DNA of 64,000 nucleotides from Pavona decussata (GCA_977016875.1 CDRNST010000310.1:1240001-1304000); one strand, 5' to 3'; shown: positions 1 to 12,882, counted from the stretch's first letter. The notes: generated by a model from the letters alone, not told the origin. Translations and numbers: made by a program.

Positions 1-404
1 AGATAGTCGAAAATTTTGATTTCTCCTTGGAAATCTTCGGCAGTCTTCGGGAATCGTCGGTAGTCTTCGGAAATCTTCCGAAATTATCGGGAATTGTCGG
101 AAAATGGCTGAAAACTTCTTGGTATACCAAACAAAATAATATTGGCCTTTTTGGAAGCCGTTTTTGTTTCCTTCTGACTAAAATTTATTGTCACAATGAA
201 TTTTTTTCCCGCTAGTGTTAAAATGCCTAAAATTTAACTGTTTCATGTTACAGAGCCCAAAAATGAAGTGTTTAGTGCTTACATCGAGGTGCCCCCATTC
301 AGAACCTCAGTGGAGCATAACAAAAACAAAAAAAAGTACAACTCGCTGGTTCATTGGTTCATTAACGCGTGCAACAAAAGAGGAAAGATTTTGAGACTGA
401 TGTT

Positions 405-625
405 TTATTCATGATCAGTGAATGACACAGGCATACTCGGAGAAAGGAAAACTGAGAGCTCCTATCAGGAGTCAAACCTAAGACCTTCCGATTACTAGTT
501 CGGATGCTCTACCACTGAGCTACAGGAGACTCGTGGGATAAGGCTGTTAAACAAGGTTTATGGGACAAACAGTCCTGCATACCGTCTAGGATTGAAATGT
601 CATTGTGTGGCATATGCGCAGTGGA
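405..625 (-). mobile_element. tRNA-derived SINE
   Basis: Minus strand reads ...ctcctgtagctcagtggtagagcatccgaactagtaatcggaaggtcttaggtttgactcct..., with A/B boxes and a non-canonical anticodon arm. Confidence 0.7.
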
Positions 626-751
626 AAAAAAAACAGTAGGAAAAGTCAGAAAAGTGTTCTATTGGGACACCTCCACCAAATCAACAAAATCTGCTTTAGG
701 TTGAAACGGTTGGCCCCAATAGAACACGTCCTTTCTTTCATTACCGACATT

Positions 752-1792
752 CGGGGTATCCAATCGATGGCAATCCGTGATTGGAAAAGCAACCGATCAA
801 CCAATATCAATCGATAAGTAAATTGATATCGATTGTTATCGTTCAATCGATGACTAATCGATAGCCACTGACACTGAACTGTTCATCGATTAGTATCGAT
901 CGGAAAAGCAAGTAAGTAGATCAGAACTTAGTTTTCTCATCGCAAAGAATATATATACTTTGTTACTCGAGCGCGATTTACCACTCGCCCGGAAGAAAAT
1001 TAACGTCTTAGTCAAGCGCACAAGAAGTTCAACAGTCTCTGTACAGTGATGCGTAGTCAAAGGATATCAACACCATAATTTTTCAATAAACGACGGAGTA
1101 TTTTTGCTGCTTTAAAAAAGAGGGGAGAACGCAGAAGCACTTTCAAAGTTTAGCGATCGTAGGAAGCTCGACCGCCTTCAATCCAAGGTTAATCAGTTTG
1201 TTTCTTTTAGATACAGTTGACGTCTTTCAATATAGATCGTCTAGTCTATATGTATTTGTTTTGCAGATTAGTTTAGGCGTTGGTGTTTCGATCATTGTTT
1301 TGCAACAACTTATTCTGCTATTGTTGGCAAGTTAATTAAAGCTTGCGCACCAGTTTCTCTGTGAAGGCATCGTGCAACTAGTTTCCCTTTTTCAATTCAG
1401 TACAATAATTTCATAACAAGAGATAAGAGGAGGAAATCAGTCTTATATTCCTGTTAACGTTCCAGAACTGAAATAAAATGTGTTCAACACAAAAGTAAAA
1501 ATCAATCACCCGCAATGTACGTGGAAAGATGAGATATTAGTAAGCAATTACATTTTCCGTTAGCTTGAAAACTCTGAAGCAAGAAAAAATGTGCAAGCAA
1601 TCGATACCAATTAAGCTATCGATTAATATTGGAAATCGATGGCAATCGATAACAGGTCACACAAATCTTCTTCATCGATTGGTAATCGATTATCAATATC
1701 ACTCGATTAATTGATATCGATTGTTATGGATTTCCATCGCCTTTGATCATTTCCATCGATCATCGATTCCATCGATTGGATACTATACCCCG
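752..1792. mobile_element. Non-autonomous DNA transposon with ATCGAT-rich subterminal arrays
   Basis: cggggtatccaatcgatgg at the left end is inverted to ccatcgattggatactataccccg at the right end; many ATCGAT palindromes at 760-905 and 1600-1780. Confidence 0.7.
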
Positions 1793-1804
1793 TGCGACTT
1801 TGAG

Positions 1805-2170
1805 GAAACCAAACACGACGAAGAGTATTTCATCCGATTTCCAAACACCGACAGGTGCGTTGAAAAAACCAGGCGCAGCCGAATTTTTTTTTTCTTAAAC
1901 CAACTTCAAAGTGTTTGTAAATAGAATGAAATACTCTTTCCACTGTTTGATGTAGCTTCTCAAACCATTAATAATTATCGAAGACATTCAAGGCAAAATG
2001 TTCACCACGTCAGTTTATGATAATTAAGATCATATTTTCAAACCTCCTTCCCCTCACAGTAGTGTTTTCCTTTGTTTTCTTATACCATTAACATTACTTT
2101 TCTAAACCTCCTTCACGGTAGTGATTTCCTCTGGTTTCTCTTCATGAATTGGTAATGTTTTGAGAATTAA
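1805..2170. repeat. Interspersed repeat; a shorter related fragment lies at ~6270-6350
   Basis: gagtatttcatccgatttccaaacaccgacagg..gttgaaaaaa matches gagtgtttcatcagttatccaaacactgagaag..gttgaaaaaa. Confidence 0.5.
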
Positions 2171-2538
2171 TTAATTGAAATGAACCAACTTTCTTTCTTT
2201 ATCACCATACAGATCACTTTTGAGGTATTGCTCAGATTCTAACCGTTAAGCAAGGCTCGTGTCAGACGGCTGGTAAATGGCCTGGCGCGCCATGTAGTGT
2301 CCTAATATCTCAGAGATTAGAGCACTCGGCCGGTGTAGGAAGGTCATGGGATTAGAGATTCGGATTTTTCTTTGCAGTATCTGATGCTCATCAATTTGCA
2401 TCAATTTGAATCAGTTTTGGGTATGCTGGGTTAAAGATGGTCATTGCTGCACAGCGTTAAAGTGTACTGGAGTTATTATTGAAATATAGGGTATAAAGAA
2501 GTTGTATCTGTAAAACAGTAATAAACAACCCCAGCTAA

Positions 2539-2739
2539 CAGTGCGACGCACCTTACCGTGGCCACCCAACAAACTTTTTTTTACACTGAGTTAGCCATAA
2601 AATGCAATAATTCGTTGTTGCGTCACTTAGCTGTTGGACTTTGCAAGGAGGCGTGACCGTTAATCAAATTCAGCGTATCCTGATTGGCTAACTTGTACAA
2701 AAAGTTTGTTGGGTGGCCACGGTAAGGCACGTCGCACTG
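2539..2739. mobile_element. Tc1/mariner-pogo-type MITE
   Basis: ~42-bp TIRs cagtgcgacgcaccttaccgtggccacccaacaaacttttt and its complement; CAGTG...CACTG ends; TA on the right flank. Confidence 0.8.
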
Positions 2740-4309
2740 TAATCCTTGCTTCATTCGTTCTTAGTTATTGCAAAAAGAATCTTTCCATCAACCGTTTTCA
2801 GTGATGTTACGTTCTCTACAATAACAGTAATAATGAAAAAACAAAATCGTTTTAGCGGTCTCGTATCGGACCTGGGAGACCAAACCGTACCGCCGGATTT
2901 AATAAACCAGTATTTACCCCAGTAATATTTTTTCTCCGTTGCTGATGTATAAAGAGAGACAATGTGAAGAAAAGTTCTTTGCCTCAGGAAACAATACAAC
3001 ACTGAGTGTATGTAACAACCTAGCCCTTGACCACCGACCCTCCGATCTTCCGGACCAAAACTGCGACGCTCCAATTAATGAAATGCTTGTCCAGTGAAAT
3101 GCTTGTCCAATTAATGAAACTCCTTTAATGAAATGCTTGTCAGAGCAAAAATATAAAGACAACATTTCAAAAATGTTTGTTGTTAGAAGTCATGCAGGCT
3201 TGTCACTCCTTGCTATTTCCAGCCTTACTCAACGTTTGTATTTAACTTGTACTTAACCCTTGTACAATAGGCATTACACAATATCCGCGTGATGTTGTCT
3301 GCTTTTGAAAGGTTTATTTTGCGCAGTTTCACGCAATCAGTATAAATAAATTGCTACTACAGAACATTTGGGCTGACGTTTGAAAGGGTCGACTTTGCTC
3401 CTTTAATATGATGCATAATTTATTGCACGTGTTAAGCACGAAGAAAAACAATAAAAAATTCGCGTGATATCGAATCATGTCACGCAATTCGAGAATTTCG
3501 CAATTTTTCTCGACTTTAAAACATGAAAATAAAATTATATAGCGATTGATGCATTCCAAGTTCGACTATAATGGGTGTAAGTTTCGCAATATTGCAGTTT
3601 TATACGGCGCTTAATTATATGGCATCGTGTAATTTCAAAACCCGTAACTAATCCTTCCGCAGACTGGAGGGTTTCAGTTTTGGCATGGGTCGTCTAAATG
3701 TCAATATGTGCGCTCTACCGATGATGAATAACAACAGGCGATTTCAAGACTGCGAAACGGCGACGCAAACATTCGAGACTTTCACCGCCTAGCGAAAGAA
3801 GTCGCGTCTCTGAGTGGGTTTCGCGAAAACACCGAGAAAGAGAAAACCGTAGCATTTGACTTAAATTTCGCAATGCACGTATTTTTGAACGATCATTCGC
3901 CAAGTTTAATTGCAGTAAGATACAAATTAGATATTTCTAAAGAAAACACAGTGGGATTCCATGGAATTATTTAATTGTGCACTGAGTCTCCCAACCTCAG
4001 TTTGTACATATCCATGCGCGACAATAATTGTCTCATTAAATACATCATGAACTCTCAATTCAGTTTAGACTCTTTTCTTCGGTCCACGAGATGAACGACC
4101 AAATGCTTCATAGTTTGAATTCTACCACAACCACTTGACAAAAATACCCACGAACCGACCAAACGGCAGTAGTGTCAAAGTTAGTCGACAGCGGCATCAG
4201 TCACGGTTTGACCTTTGGGCGATGAATTGAAGTAGACACGACTTGTACAAATTTATGTATACTGTAAGTGTTTTATATATACTCTAACCGCAGAGCACCA
4301 CAAGAAATA

Positions 4310-4975
4310 CTAGATATCAGTCGATATACACGACTCATCACTTGCACAACATACCGAATAGTTTCTGAAGAAGTTATTGTCCCAGTAATCGCTTCCTTCA
4401 ACGCTGTAACGAATAGCAAACTCCATTTTGCTTCCCTCTTGCCAAATCGATGGCACGGCTATGCGGAAAAAAAACGTATCTGTCGCTCCATCCCTTGAAG
4501 TCGAAAGGTAGTTGGCTTGTTCGTCGCAAACGGTTTTCCAATCGTCTGTACTATAACGAATCGTAACGTCTTTCCTGTAGCTCACGTTTAATACTCGTAC
4601 AAACCCACGAACGATGGTCTTGTCGCAAACAACGCTCTCCAGACAAACGTACTGTCGCTGAACTCTATCGAGGAAATCGTCTTTATTTTCGGGTTGATCA
4701 AATAGGCATTTAAGGCATCGTCGCGCAGAATTCACTCGGTGCTTTTGTTGGGGGCGTTTAATCGACTCTTTGGGTTTGTTCCTTGGAGCAATTTCTATCA
4801 CAGTAACCAGTGAAAATCCCAGTAAATCAGCGAAGGTAACTCGTTTTTTGTTAGCTGTTATTTCCCATAAAGACGTCCTGGGAGCGATTTGTGCCACAGA
4901 AAACAGCGAAAATCTCGGTAAACCAGGAAACGTACTATAACCTCTTTTCTCGGTATTTTCCATAAAGACGTCCAT
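4310..4975 (-). CDS. PPP1R3: PP1 glycogen-targeting regulatory subunit (PPP1R3 family), divergent copy G1, ~221 aa
   Basis: KRVTFAD (RVxF) motif followed by CBM21 signatures CLE, GFVRVLNVSYRKDVTIRYSTDDW, MEFAIRY and YWDNN. The ORF-track start at 5026 is TTG; the first in-frame ATG is at 4975. Family-level call only. Confidence 0.9.
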   Translation of the reverse strand: MDVFMENTEKRGYSTFPGLPRFSLFSVAQIAPRTSLWEITANKKRVTFADLLGFSLVTVIEIAPRNKPKESIKRPQQKHRVNSARRCLKCLFDQPENKDDFLDRVQRQYVCLESVVCDKTIVRGFVRVLNVSYRKDVTIRYSTDDWKTVCDEQANYLSTSRDGATDTFFFRIAVPSIWQEGSKMEFAIRYSVEGSDYWDNNFFRNYSVCCASDESCISTDI

Positions 4976-5020
4976 AACAAGAGATGTCTTATGAAGAGAA
5001 TTAATTAAACTTGAGTATAA

Positions 5021-5094
5021 TTTCAAGCTGTTGTCTACGGGACGTGCAACAATTCACGACTGTTCACGTGATCCCACTGCACGTGTGCACGTGC
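5021..5094. promoter_or_regulatory. HRE/E-box cluster upstream of G1
   Basis: gACGTG-caacaatt-CACGA followed by CACGTG at 5065, 5080 and 5088; the block is conserved with 7988-8039. Confidence 0.65.
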
Positions 5095-5416
5095 GAAAAC
5101 ATTTCAGTATTTGCATAAAAGTATTAAAAGGAGAAGATCAAATCAGCGCAAAAATGCTGGTAGTCAGAAATAAATATCGAAGTGATTTTTCATCGTATTT
5201 TCCTTTATCTATTTATTTATTATTTATTTTTATCTTTTAATAGAGTTGATTTAACACCGAGCATGGACCAATAAGTGGCGTGACTGTTAACCTTACAGCT
5301 GTTTCGATATATCAGGAGATATATATCGGGGGAGGGAGGGAAATATAGTACTTATCTCATTAGAGAGGGGGGGGGGGGCTGGTCAGAATTTTGTCATTTT
5401 CTCTTCAGTTTGGATA

Positions 5417-5569
5417 CTGTGGAACTTCGTAAAGGGACTAGGGAAATTGGTTCATTACATCGAGGGTTCGTTATATCGAGGTTGGGATCCCTACATGTTA
5501 AGAGGCCGGGCTGGAGAATATCGATCGGGACTTCGTTAGTTTGAGGTTCGTTAAATCGACGTTCCATTG
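5417..5569. mobile_element. Degenerate Tigger/pogo-like MITE
   Basis: TA|ctgtggaacttcg ... cgacgttccattg|TA with an internal ttcgttatatcgagg motif. Confidence 0.55.
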
Positions 5570-6853
5570 TAGCATAGCTTTTTTCATTGGAGTGGTTTCT
5601 ACGTGAGAAAAGGGAAGAGAACGTGTTGCAGTTGTTGCTCTTTGTCGTTCCTTTGTGGTCAGTGATTTCTCAGTGATCATGGCTTCAGCTGGGTAGGCTG
5701 TCCCTGTCGAGTGAGCTTTTCCACCTAGTGTGATGAAATGGGAACTCCTTGGGTTGGCGAGTGCAACTAGTTCGTTTTGATCAGGTAGTAGTATAGCCTG
5801 ATTCTCAGACGGTCCAGGTCGTTCGTGGTGATTGTCACGCACTCTCTCAATCGCCGCGAACGACTTGGACCGTCTGAGAATCAGGCTAGCAGTAGTACAA
5901 CTGATGAAAGAAGCATCAATACTTCCTGATTCCCATATCAAGTTGAGTGAAGGCCTCTTTCCTTATCAGATTCGCTGGTTACTAATTCGCTCCTGTAGAT
6001 GTTTAAAAGGGACTTAGAATGCCGCGAGAAAACAGCTCAAATTGCTCCCATAAAACAACCCACCATCGCTACGCCTTCTGCACCCCCCTCCCCCTCCCCC
6101 AAAAACCCACCCACTCTCAACCCAGTTATTTGTAGACATGAACTTTGCACCGGTTGTTTACAACTTTATCTTCAAGAAAGAAGTCGGTAAAGAACACTCA
6201 GACGTGACACATTTTCTGGGTGTCACGACGGTCAGACTGTCTGCAAAGTAAACTTTTTTCACGGTTAGCGATGTATAAATCAATCACGAGAAAGAGTGTT
6301 TCATCAGTTATCCAAACACTGAGAAGTAGGTTGAAAAAAAAGAGGTGCAGTTAAGAAGAAATTCAAACTTTTTCTACTTAATAGCCAAACATAAATGATA
6401 TAAAAAAAATTAACGTATACTATATACTTATATATTTGCTGTAAACACTTTTTTCCTTACTGTTTTATTTTCCTCTCCTAAGCCTAATTTAACTAGCAGA
6501 GCTCTTCAACCAGTATTATAAATTCTACTTCCTCCTATTTTTTTTAACTGCACAGTGGTAGTGGCCAACACGAAAGCCTTGCTCCTTTGGCCACTACGCA
6601 CTTCTTCCGTAGAAGGTAAAATCACTAAATAAATTACTTTGCACGTTTAATTTTTTTCTTACTATAAAATATATTGTATTTCGTGAATTATGCGAATGTA
6701 AACTTCGTTAGTAATTCTATGTATTTTTTCTCGTTGGTGCTCAGTTTTACGTTCTCTCCCACCTTCCTAGTAAATTAAGAGTATCTGTCATTCTTAAGAT
6801 ATTTTCCAAACAAGGCTTTCTGAGACAATTGTAGAAGTCTGCGTTTGACATTT

Positions 6854-7805
6854 GAACGCCGTTTGCCATCCTCATGCCTCTTAAAATAAATCAAGAGTAT
6901 TTCATACACTTGATAATGACTTTTCAAGTCAAAACATTTTACCTTTAGTCGTAAGTTTCCATACGAGGCTTTATAGACGAATACACAAGTCTAGTTCAGA
7001 GTCTTTGGTACATTGAAACTATTACTATCAGCGCCATCGAAAATAAGGTACCCATGGCCGGCTGATGGGCCGGAATGTGCAATTGACCTGTTAAATTTTA
7101 CTTTGGAGACAATGTTTCTCTCACAGTTTGGTCTAAAACAGTCATGACTGGATCTCCAAACACTGTACATGGTAATTTTTTCCGTCGTTGTTATCCCAGA
7201 ACTCCTGGTTCAACACTCGATAGCAAATCGCAAACTGCATGTGCCGATTTACTTCAAAGTCGAGCGGAACTGTGATGCGGAAGGTGAACTTGTCGGTCTT
7301 CCCGTCCGAGCAAGACGACATGTAATCAGTCCAAATGTCCCGATAAGTCTCCCAGCCATCGAGTGTAAATCGTACAGTCACTTCTTTTCTGTAGGATAAA
7401 TTCGTCACTCGAATAAGTCCACTTACAACGAACTTTTCACATGCAATATTCTCAAGGCAGACATTTTGGCTGTACAAGCGCCGCATGAAACCGTCAATTC
7501 TCGAAGGCGCAACGAAGCAAGGTAGCAAACATTTCTTTGGTTCAACCCGCGGGATGTTTCCGTTGACATCGAAGCGGTTTTTCCGCGCACCAATGGCGCC
7601 ATATAATTCGCACAAGTTGTCTTCACTGTTGCATGGTGTTATAATTTTAACGAACTCGAGCTTGAGACCAACAAGGTCTGCAAAACAGACTTTTTTCGAG
7701 CGTAACGTGGGGCTGGTTGGCACAGTGCTCTTTTGTTGCGTGTCAGTCTTCATGGCCGCGGGTTTCTAGAATGAAGGTCAACAGTTCAAGCGCGCATCCG
7801 TGTTT
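6854..7805. repeat. Left copy of a ~950 bp direct repeat (G2 plus 3' flank); partner at 59711-60657
   Basis: Shared sequence begins gaacgccgtttgc(c/t)atcctcatg and continues through the CDS. Confidence 0.9.
7142..7753 (-). CDS. PPP1R3: PPP1R3-family glycogen-targeting subunit G2, 203 aa
   Basis: ATG in GCGGCCATG context; KKVCFAD, GLIRVTNLSYRKEVTVRFTLDGW, FAICY and FWDNN motifs. Confidence 0.92.
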   Translation of the reverse strand: MKTDTQQKSTVPTSPTLRSKKVCFADLVGLKLEFVKIITPCNSEDNLCELYGAIGARKNRFDVNGNIPRVEPKKCLLPCFVAPSRIDGFMRRLYSQNVCLENIACEKFVVSGLIRVTNLSYRKEVTVRFTLDGWETYRDIWTDYMSSCSDGKTDKFTFRITVPLDFEVNRHMQFAICYRVLNQEFWDNNDGKNYHVQCLEIQS

Positions 7806-7987
7806 GTTACTAGCATGCGCAGCGACGTCGATAACAGAAACCAATGAAACAACAATATCTTAGTTGGCACAAAAAATTCAATAACAGAGAAGCGTTGTTG
7901 ATGTCTTCTCAAGAGAATGGTGCGAAAAGCACGGAATACTAAAAAAAAAAAGCTTAACCTTTGGCTGTTCGCCGGTGTTTTCAAAAT

Positions 7988-8039
7988 TTGCAAGCTGCTT
8001 CCTGCGGGGCGTGCGACAGTTCACGGCTGTACACGTGAT
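7988..8039. promoter_or_regulatory. HRE/E-box block upstream of G2
   Basis: gGCGTG-cgacagtt-CACGG...CACGTG; 42/52 ungapped identity to 5021-5072 (hand count). Confidence 0.65.
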
Positions 8040-9559
8040 TGAACTTGCGTAAACATTTTAGCGATTTGTATAAACACGAGAGGTAAGAGGATGCAAATGT
8101 GCGGCTTTTGATAACAAAAATAGATAAAAGGACTTTTGATTCAAGATATTTAAAATTTCGTGGATAAACACTGAAGAGATTGTTATGGGGACTGAAACTT
8201 GTCTCACTCTTTTCCAGGTTCCCTCTCAGTCCCGGTGCACCCTTTCAATAAAAACAAGGTAGACGTGGACTTTGTACTAGCTGTTTTTAAAAGGCAAACT
8301 TCTTATTATTATTAAAATATTTTGAGTCAATCTTCTTGTTGGAGGTTATGAGGGAAAATTCAGACATCAGAGCCAAAAACCTCAGACCCTTTGTGAGGTG
8401 TCTCGAAAACTCTGACCCGAAAGACTCAGACCCCGGCTGACAAACAAATCCGCGTAACTTCAGCGTACACAAAAGGTCGCCACACTTAGAAAAAAATTCG
8501 TGACACAAGTCATGACCATCTTAAGATATATTAACATGTAGTTGTGTCAAATAATACAATTAGTGTTGCGCCGTAGTGGGCCCCTGAAGCCATTTTGGGT
8601 TTTAATACTTTTTGCGTCTTCCTTTTCACATCTACTCGTCCCCAGGGAAATTAAACGTAACTTCTTGGGAAGACGGTAGTTAGGCAGTTAGTTGGTTTCC
8701 ATTCGAGGCGATGTTGTAAAATACGCGCAATGAACTTTCCGTCACGAGACAGACACGTGCCTTTCATTTGCGCAGGCCGGAGGAAACAACGAACAGGAGA
8801 GGTTTGTGTGCACTTGAGCGGGCAATAACTTCCGAATTGTAGCCCGCACGGGCCACATTTGAATTAAGCCCTTGGGAAGCAACTAACGAGAGTGCACCTT
8901 ATGGTGAAAAGAAACTGCAGCAATGAAACTTTTACTTTTTATTTGCTGTTTTTGCCTCTTGATGAACATTATCACTATTAATTCCACCAAGAAATAACCC
9001 TGGGCGAGCGGTCCATTTTTGAAGTTCCATAAATTCTATAAAGTTTATTAAAACGTTTATCGGACCTACTGACGATTCATGTTTGTAATCGCTGTTGCTC
9101 CTCGAATTCCAAATTCAAATGTTTTCTTAATGGGTAGACAAAAGCTCGCTTTCGAAGTATTGATTGACTGCTTTTCTTCTCCGATGTTCGTTGTTTTTTT
9201 CGTCCGGTTGTTGACATTTTTCAGGGTCACCCCACGGGAAAATTAAAGCAAACACTTCAGACACTGTCCCCTGTGTTCCAAGATAAGTTGATGTCCTTTG
9301 AAAGGCACCTTTCTGCAAACTAATACAGATTGTCCTGTTTGGATGTTTTTGTGGTGAAGAAAGTTTCAGGAAACAGAATCTTATCTCCCGAATTTACAAG
9401 CTGTTGTTTCGTTTGGTTTGTTTTGACAAGAAGTCAAAACTTCGAAGCTAAATATAAATCCTTTATTTTTTCATTCAGTGCGTGGAAGTCTTGATGACTT
9501 TTTAGTTCACACAAGAGTTTTATTTATTGAATCACCACTGAGGTTAATATAAAATATGC

Positions 9560-9900
9560 GGGATAAAACTAACAACATCAACAGATAAAAAACAAGAACA
9601 AATTAAAGAAGATGGAGGGTGTAGCAGGGAGTAGTAATAGGACGGATTCCCAAATGACAACTGCTCCCTCTAACTAAGAAAGAGAAGAAAACAACTTTAG
9701 TCTAAAAGAAATAAGATAACGAGAACCAAAAAAGCGTAAAAATAAAAAAATTAAGGGATAAAGAAGTTATTCAAGTCTGTTTGTAAGAAGGGAGTTTACT
9801 AATGTAAAAACTAATGAGCTTGGATTTCAAACAATCCTCAGTCGAATCGCAGCTTCAGTCCTAGGGCTGATTATTCCAAAGCTAAGCTTAAAAGCTCTCG
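9560..9900 (-). mobile_element. Old LINE 3' fragment, repeated at ~19790, 25750, 34105, 40600, 47835 and 50555
   Basis: Consensus of the copies translates LWNNLPQDCKSCNSTEDSLKSKLISFY, followed by a T-rich 3' UTR. Confidence 0.55.
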
Positions 9901-11545
9901 GGAAATAAGAGAAGCTAAAGTAGTTTTGCCGGTGCGTGAAAGATGTGAGAAAATTCGTATGAGTAATGTAAACCATGCAACCCTCTAATGTTTTCTTTTT
10001 TTTTTTTACGTGGATATAGATCTTCAGTTGTATCTTTCCATTAGATCTCCTCGAAATTATTTCTTGTGACTGGCCAACCCTTACTTTACGTTAATTGGTT
10101 GATGTCTAATTGCAAATTACTCGTCATGGTGATTACTAGTTTCCAAAAAGCCTTCAACAACCGTGTTAGTCCGTGGTCATTTACCAGGATTGCTGCAATG
10201 TTTGATACTTGAATTTGTCCAAGATTTGTAAGAGATATCAATTGTTCAATGGCTGTAGTTGAAACACTGATAAACAGCTAAGGCAGTTGCAGCAGTAAGA
10301 CAGTAATATTGGATAAATGCAGAGGGTCTATAGTTATCTGTGGTGGTTATGGTGGTGGAGGGTCCTGGTAAATACACCTGCAATTACAAGTCAACTAACT
10401 ACAAAGATCCACAAGCACTGATCTCCATGATTTGGTCAACATGAGTCTAGAGTTTTACTGAACATTTGCCAATACTTAGAGACACAATTAGTAGAAACCA
10501 CATGCATCCACATAATGCGAAGGGAACGGACTAAGAAGATGTAGAGGCACTTTTTGTTGGAGTGGCTCTGGTTCTTATTCTCTCGGTAGTGCTCAGGTGC
10601 TGCAAGTTCAGTGTTGTCATGGTAGCTGAGAAGTAAAAAAAACTTGGGGTATAGGTGGACCAGCGTGGTTGTTTGTTTGGAATATTATGACTGTCTCTTG
10701 AGACAGTTCTTCCAATACTTTGTTAGATGAAACTGTTTAATTGTTTAGCCAGATAAATCTATCAATCTTACACTGAGTTGGTGGTATATACGCGAATGAT
10801 TCTCCACGTTATTTTCAATCTCTATTTGCCACTCTGTCATAACGAGTACCTAAACCATATCTATTATATGATTTAGGTACTTCAGTTAAATCTGAGCTAC
10901 AGGCGAATCTCAGTAGGGGTAACGTAAGAGGATCCAGTTCTCTCTTTTCAAATCTGAAATTAACTACTTTGTCACTAAATAATCAAACGTGTTCATTGTA
11001 AAGAGAGAAAACGAGCCAAGTAGGAAATTAAATCCAGGTATTAAAATTTTTTGAGGCTAAGCGACAATTCCTTACTTCTGAAACTCAAGTTAGATGAATG
11101 CGTGGATAGATCAAGGCAGGACAGGACTTGCCTTCTATATAAATTTTTATTTTATTGTTTACATTCATGTTGACTAACGTTGTAAAGTTTTTATTGGAAG
11201 ACACAGGAAAAAATGTTGCAAAGATTCCTTGGAAGTGAGTTTCAACCTTCCATGTATTGCAAGATAAACGTAGTGGTGTACAGAAATTAATTGTGTTTGA
11301 AGTTCCATGCAATGGACACATTTCCCTTGGCATTTTACCCCTGCAATCAAAACTTTGTGGATCCACCACTGATCTCAGGAATTTTTGTTATTTTCGTTTT
11401 GATTGTCACTAGTGGTGGACTGGTGGTGATAACTCTGGTGATGGTGGTACCTGGGTGGTATTCGGTACTAAAGCTGGTCCTGCTTGTGTCAGTGGTGGTA
11501 TTCTTTGTTCATTGTCAATATGAAAGTGGATTTCATTGTTGTGTT

Positions 11546-11831
11546 TGCTCTGTTGTGGTCGAGGTGGCTGCCCTATGAGTATGCTTAATTTCTTTCTATT
11601 TTGATTTGACTCTATTGTGGTCGAGGTGGCTGCAAAGCAGTCTTTTGCTCCCTCAATATGAGTTTTTGTTTCCAACTTACAACCTCTCCCCGCATACAAA
11701 ATTTCCCTACCTTATACCCACTGATTGGTGATTGGGAACCCTTTAACTAGGTGATCCCATAACTCAACACCTACAATGCCAGAAAGGTTGCTAGCGAATC
11801 TACTGTTATCTGTTTTTTTTTCTTTTTACAA
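11546..11831. mobile_element. Unclassified insertion flanked by 30-bp direct repeats
   Basis: caatatgaaagtggatttcattgttgtgtt at 11516-11545 and 11832-11861; single-copy at the empty site in most units. Confidence 0.7.
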
Positions 11832-12882
11832 CAATATGAAAGTGGATTTCATTGTTGTGTTCGCAGTGATATTGCATGTCCTATAACGGTTGTGTTAGTA
11901 TTGTACTTTACACATATCATGCTGAGCCTTCGAGTTTCTGTCGTGGCTATGGCAGTACTGATTGAAGTCCCAGTTAGATGCTTTTATAGTGTTAGATATG
12001 ATTTGCTTTGTAAAAATCGTACCTTGTAATAGCTGAACGGTGCTTATTATTTTGCCTGTTCATTGTCAGTAATTGCATAGGTATGCTTGTTAAATAAAAG
12101 TTGTTGAAGTTGTGTATGGTCATTGTATTTGTCTGAGTAGTAGAGGTACTTGTTCAAATTGCAGTGTTTGTGGTGTTTTTTGTGGGTAATTGTCAGGACT
12201 CAGAAGTGGTCGGGAGCTGTTGATGTGTTTCTGATTTTCATTGGTTGTTGTTGTGATAGTTGCCACCATTACATAGAGTGCCAGTGATAAGATGTCAACT
12301 GGTAGCCATGATCATGAATGTGTTCATCATATTTTTGTCCTGGCAGTGATTAAGGACGTTCGCGCTAATTGTTTATGCGCATCTTTAGTGCGCAGGTAAC
12401 GCACACGCCACTTGAGCAATGTCACGCGCAATTCATGGTTGACGATAAACGGAGGAAGACGGAGGTAAACACACATGTCGGCCGTCGTGACAGCATTAAA
12501 AACAGGGAAAAGGGGGAAATTCATCTCCGTTGCACAGTTTTGAAACGAAAAATCGACGTGAAACGATTAGACGGGTTAAGTTTACAACAAAAAGTCCAAG
12601 AAAAGGCATCGATACCTGCGGGTATTTCGCGCCAAGAGATTTAAAATATATTTACTTGACTCTCGATATAATAAAATAATTGAAATGCACACTTTATTTA
12701 GTCTATTCGTCAAATGAAGTCACCTTTAAGCTTTTTTAAGTTTTGACAGTAAACGAGAAAGTCTTACCATTATACAAGAAAGCAATTTTATTGATCACCA
12801 ATCCAGTGTACAATCAATCTCCACATACCTATTCTAGGGAAATAAATAAGCTTACTTCTCACATTTTCGCCTCGCTCACGGC

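Noticed and set aside
456-530. tRNA gene
   Set aside because: Irregular anticodon loop, degraded T arm and repeat-like flanks; better explained as a SINE head. The same applies to the six array SINEs, which lack an acceptor stem.
760-1780. ATCGAT repeats as a CRISPR-like or restriction-site array
   Set aside because: Irregular spacing with no repeat-spacer structure, eukaryotic context, and positioned as subterminal repeats of a TIR element.
3072-3142. Short tandem duplication of tgaaatgcttgtc
   Set aside because: Three irregular copies, consistent with ordinary slippage.
4976-5026. N-terminal extension of G1 from the ORF track
   Set aside because: It begins at TTG and overlaps the conserved promoter block; the ATG at 4975 is preferred.
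5055-5093. Canonical carbohydrate response element (ChoRE)
   Set aside because: E-box spacers here are 4, 9 and 2 bp rather than the required 5 bp.
5498-5941. 147-aa ORF, possibly a retroelement relic
   Set aside because: No convincing motif, non-ATG start, and its end runs into a MITE.
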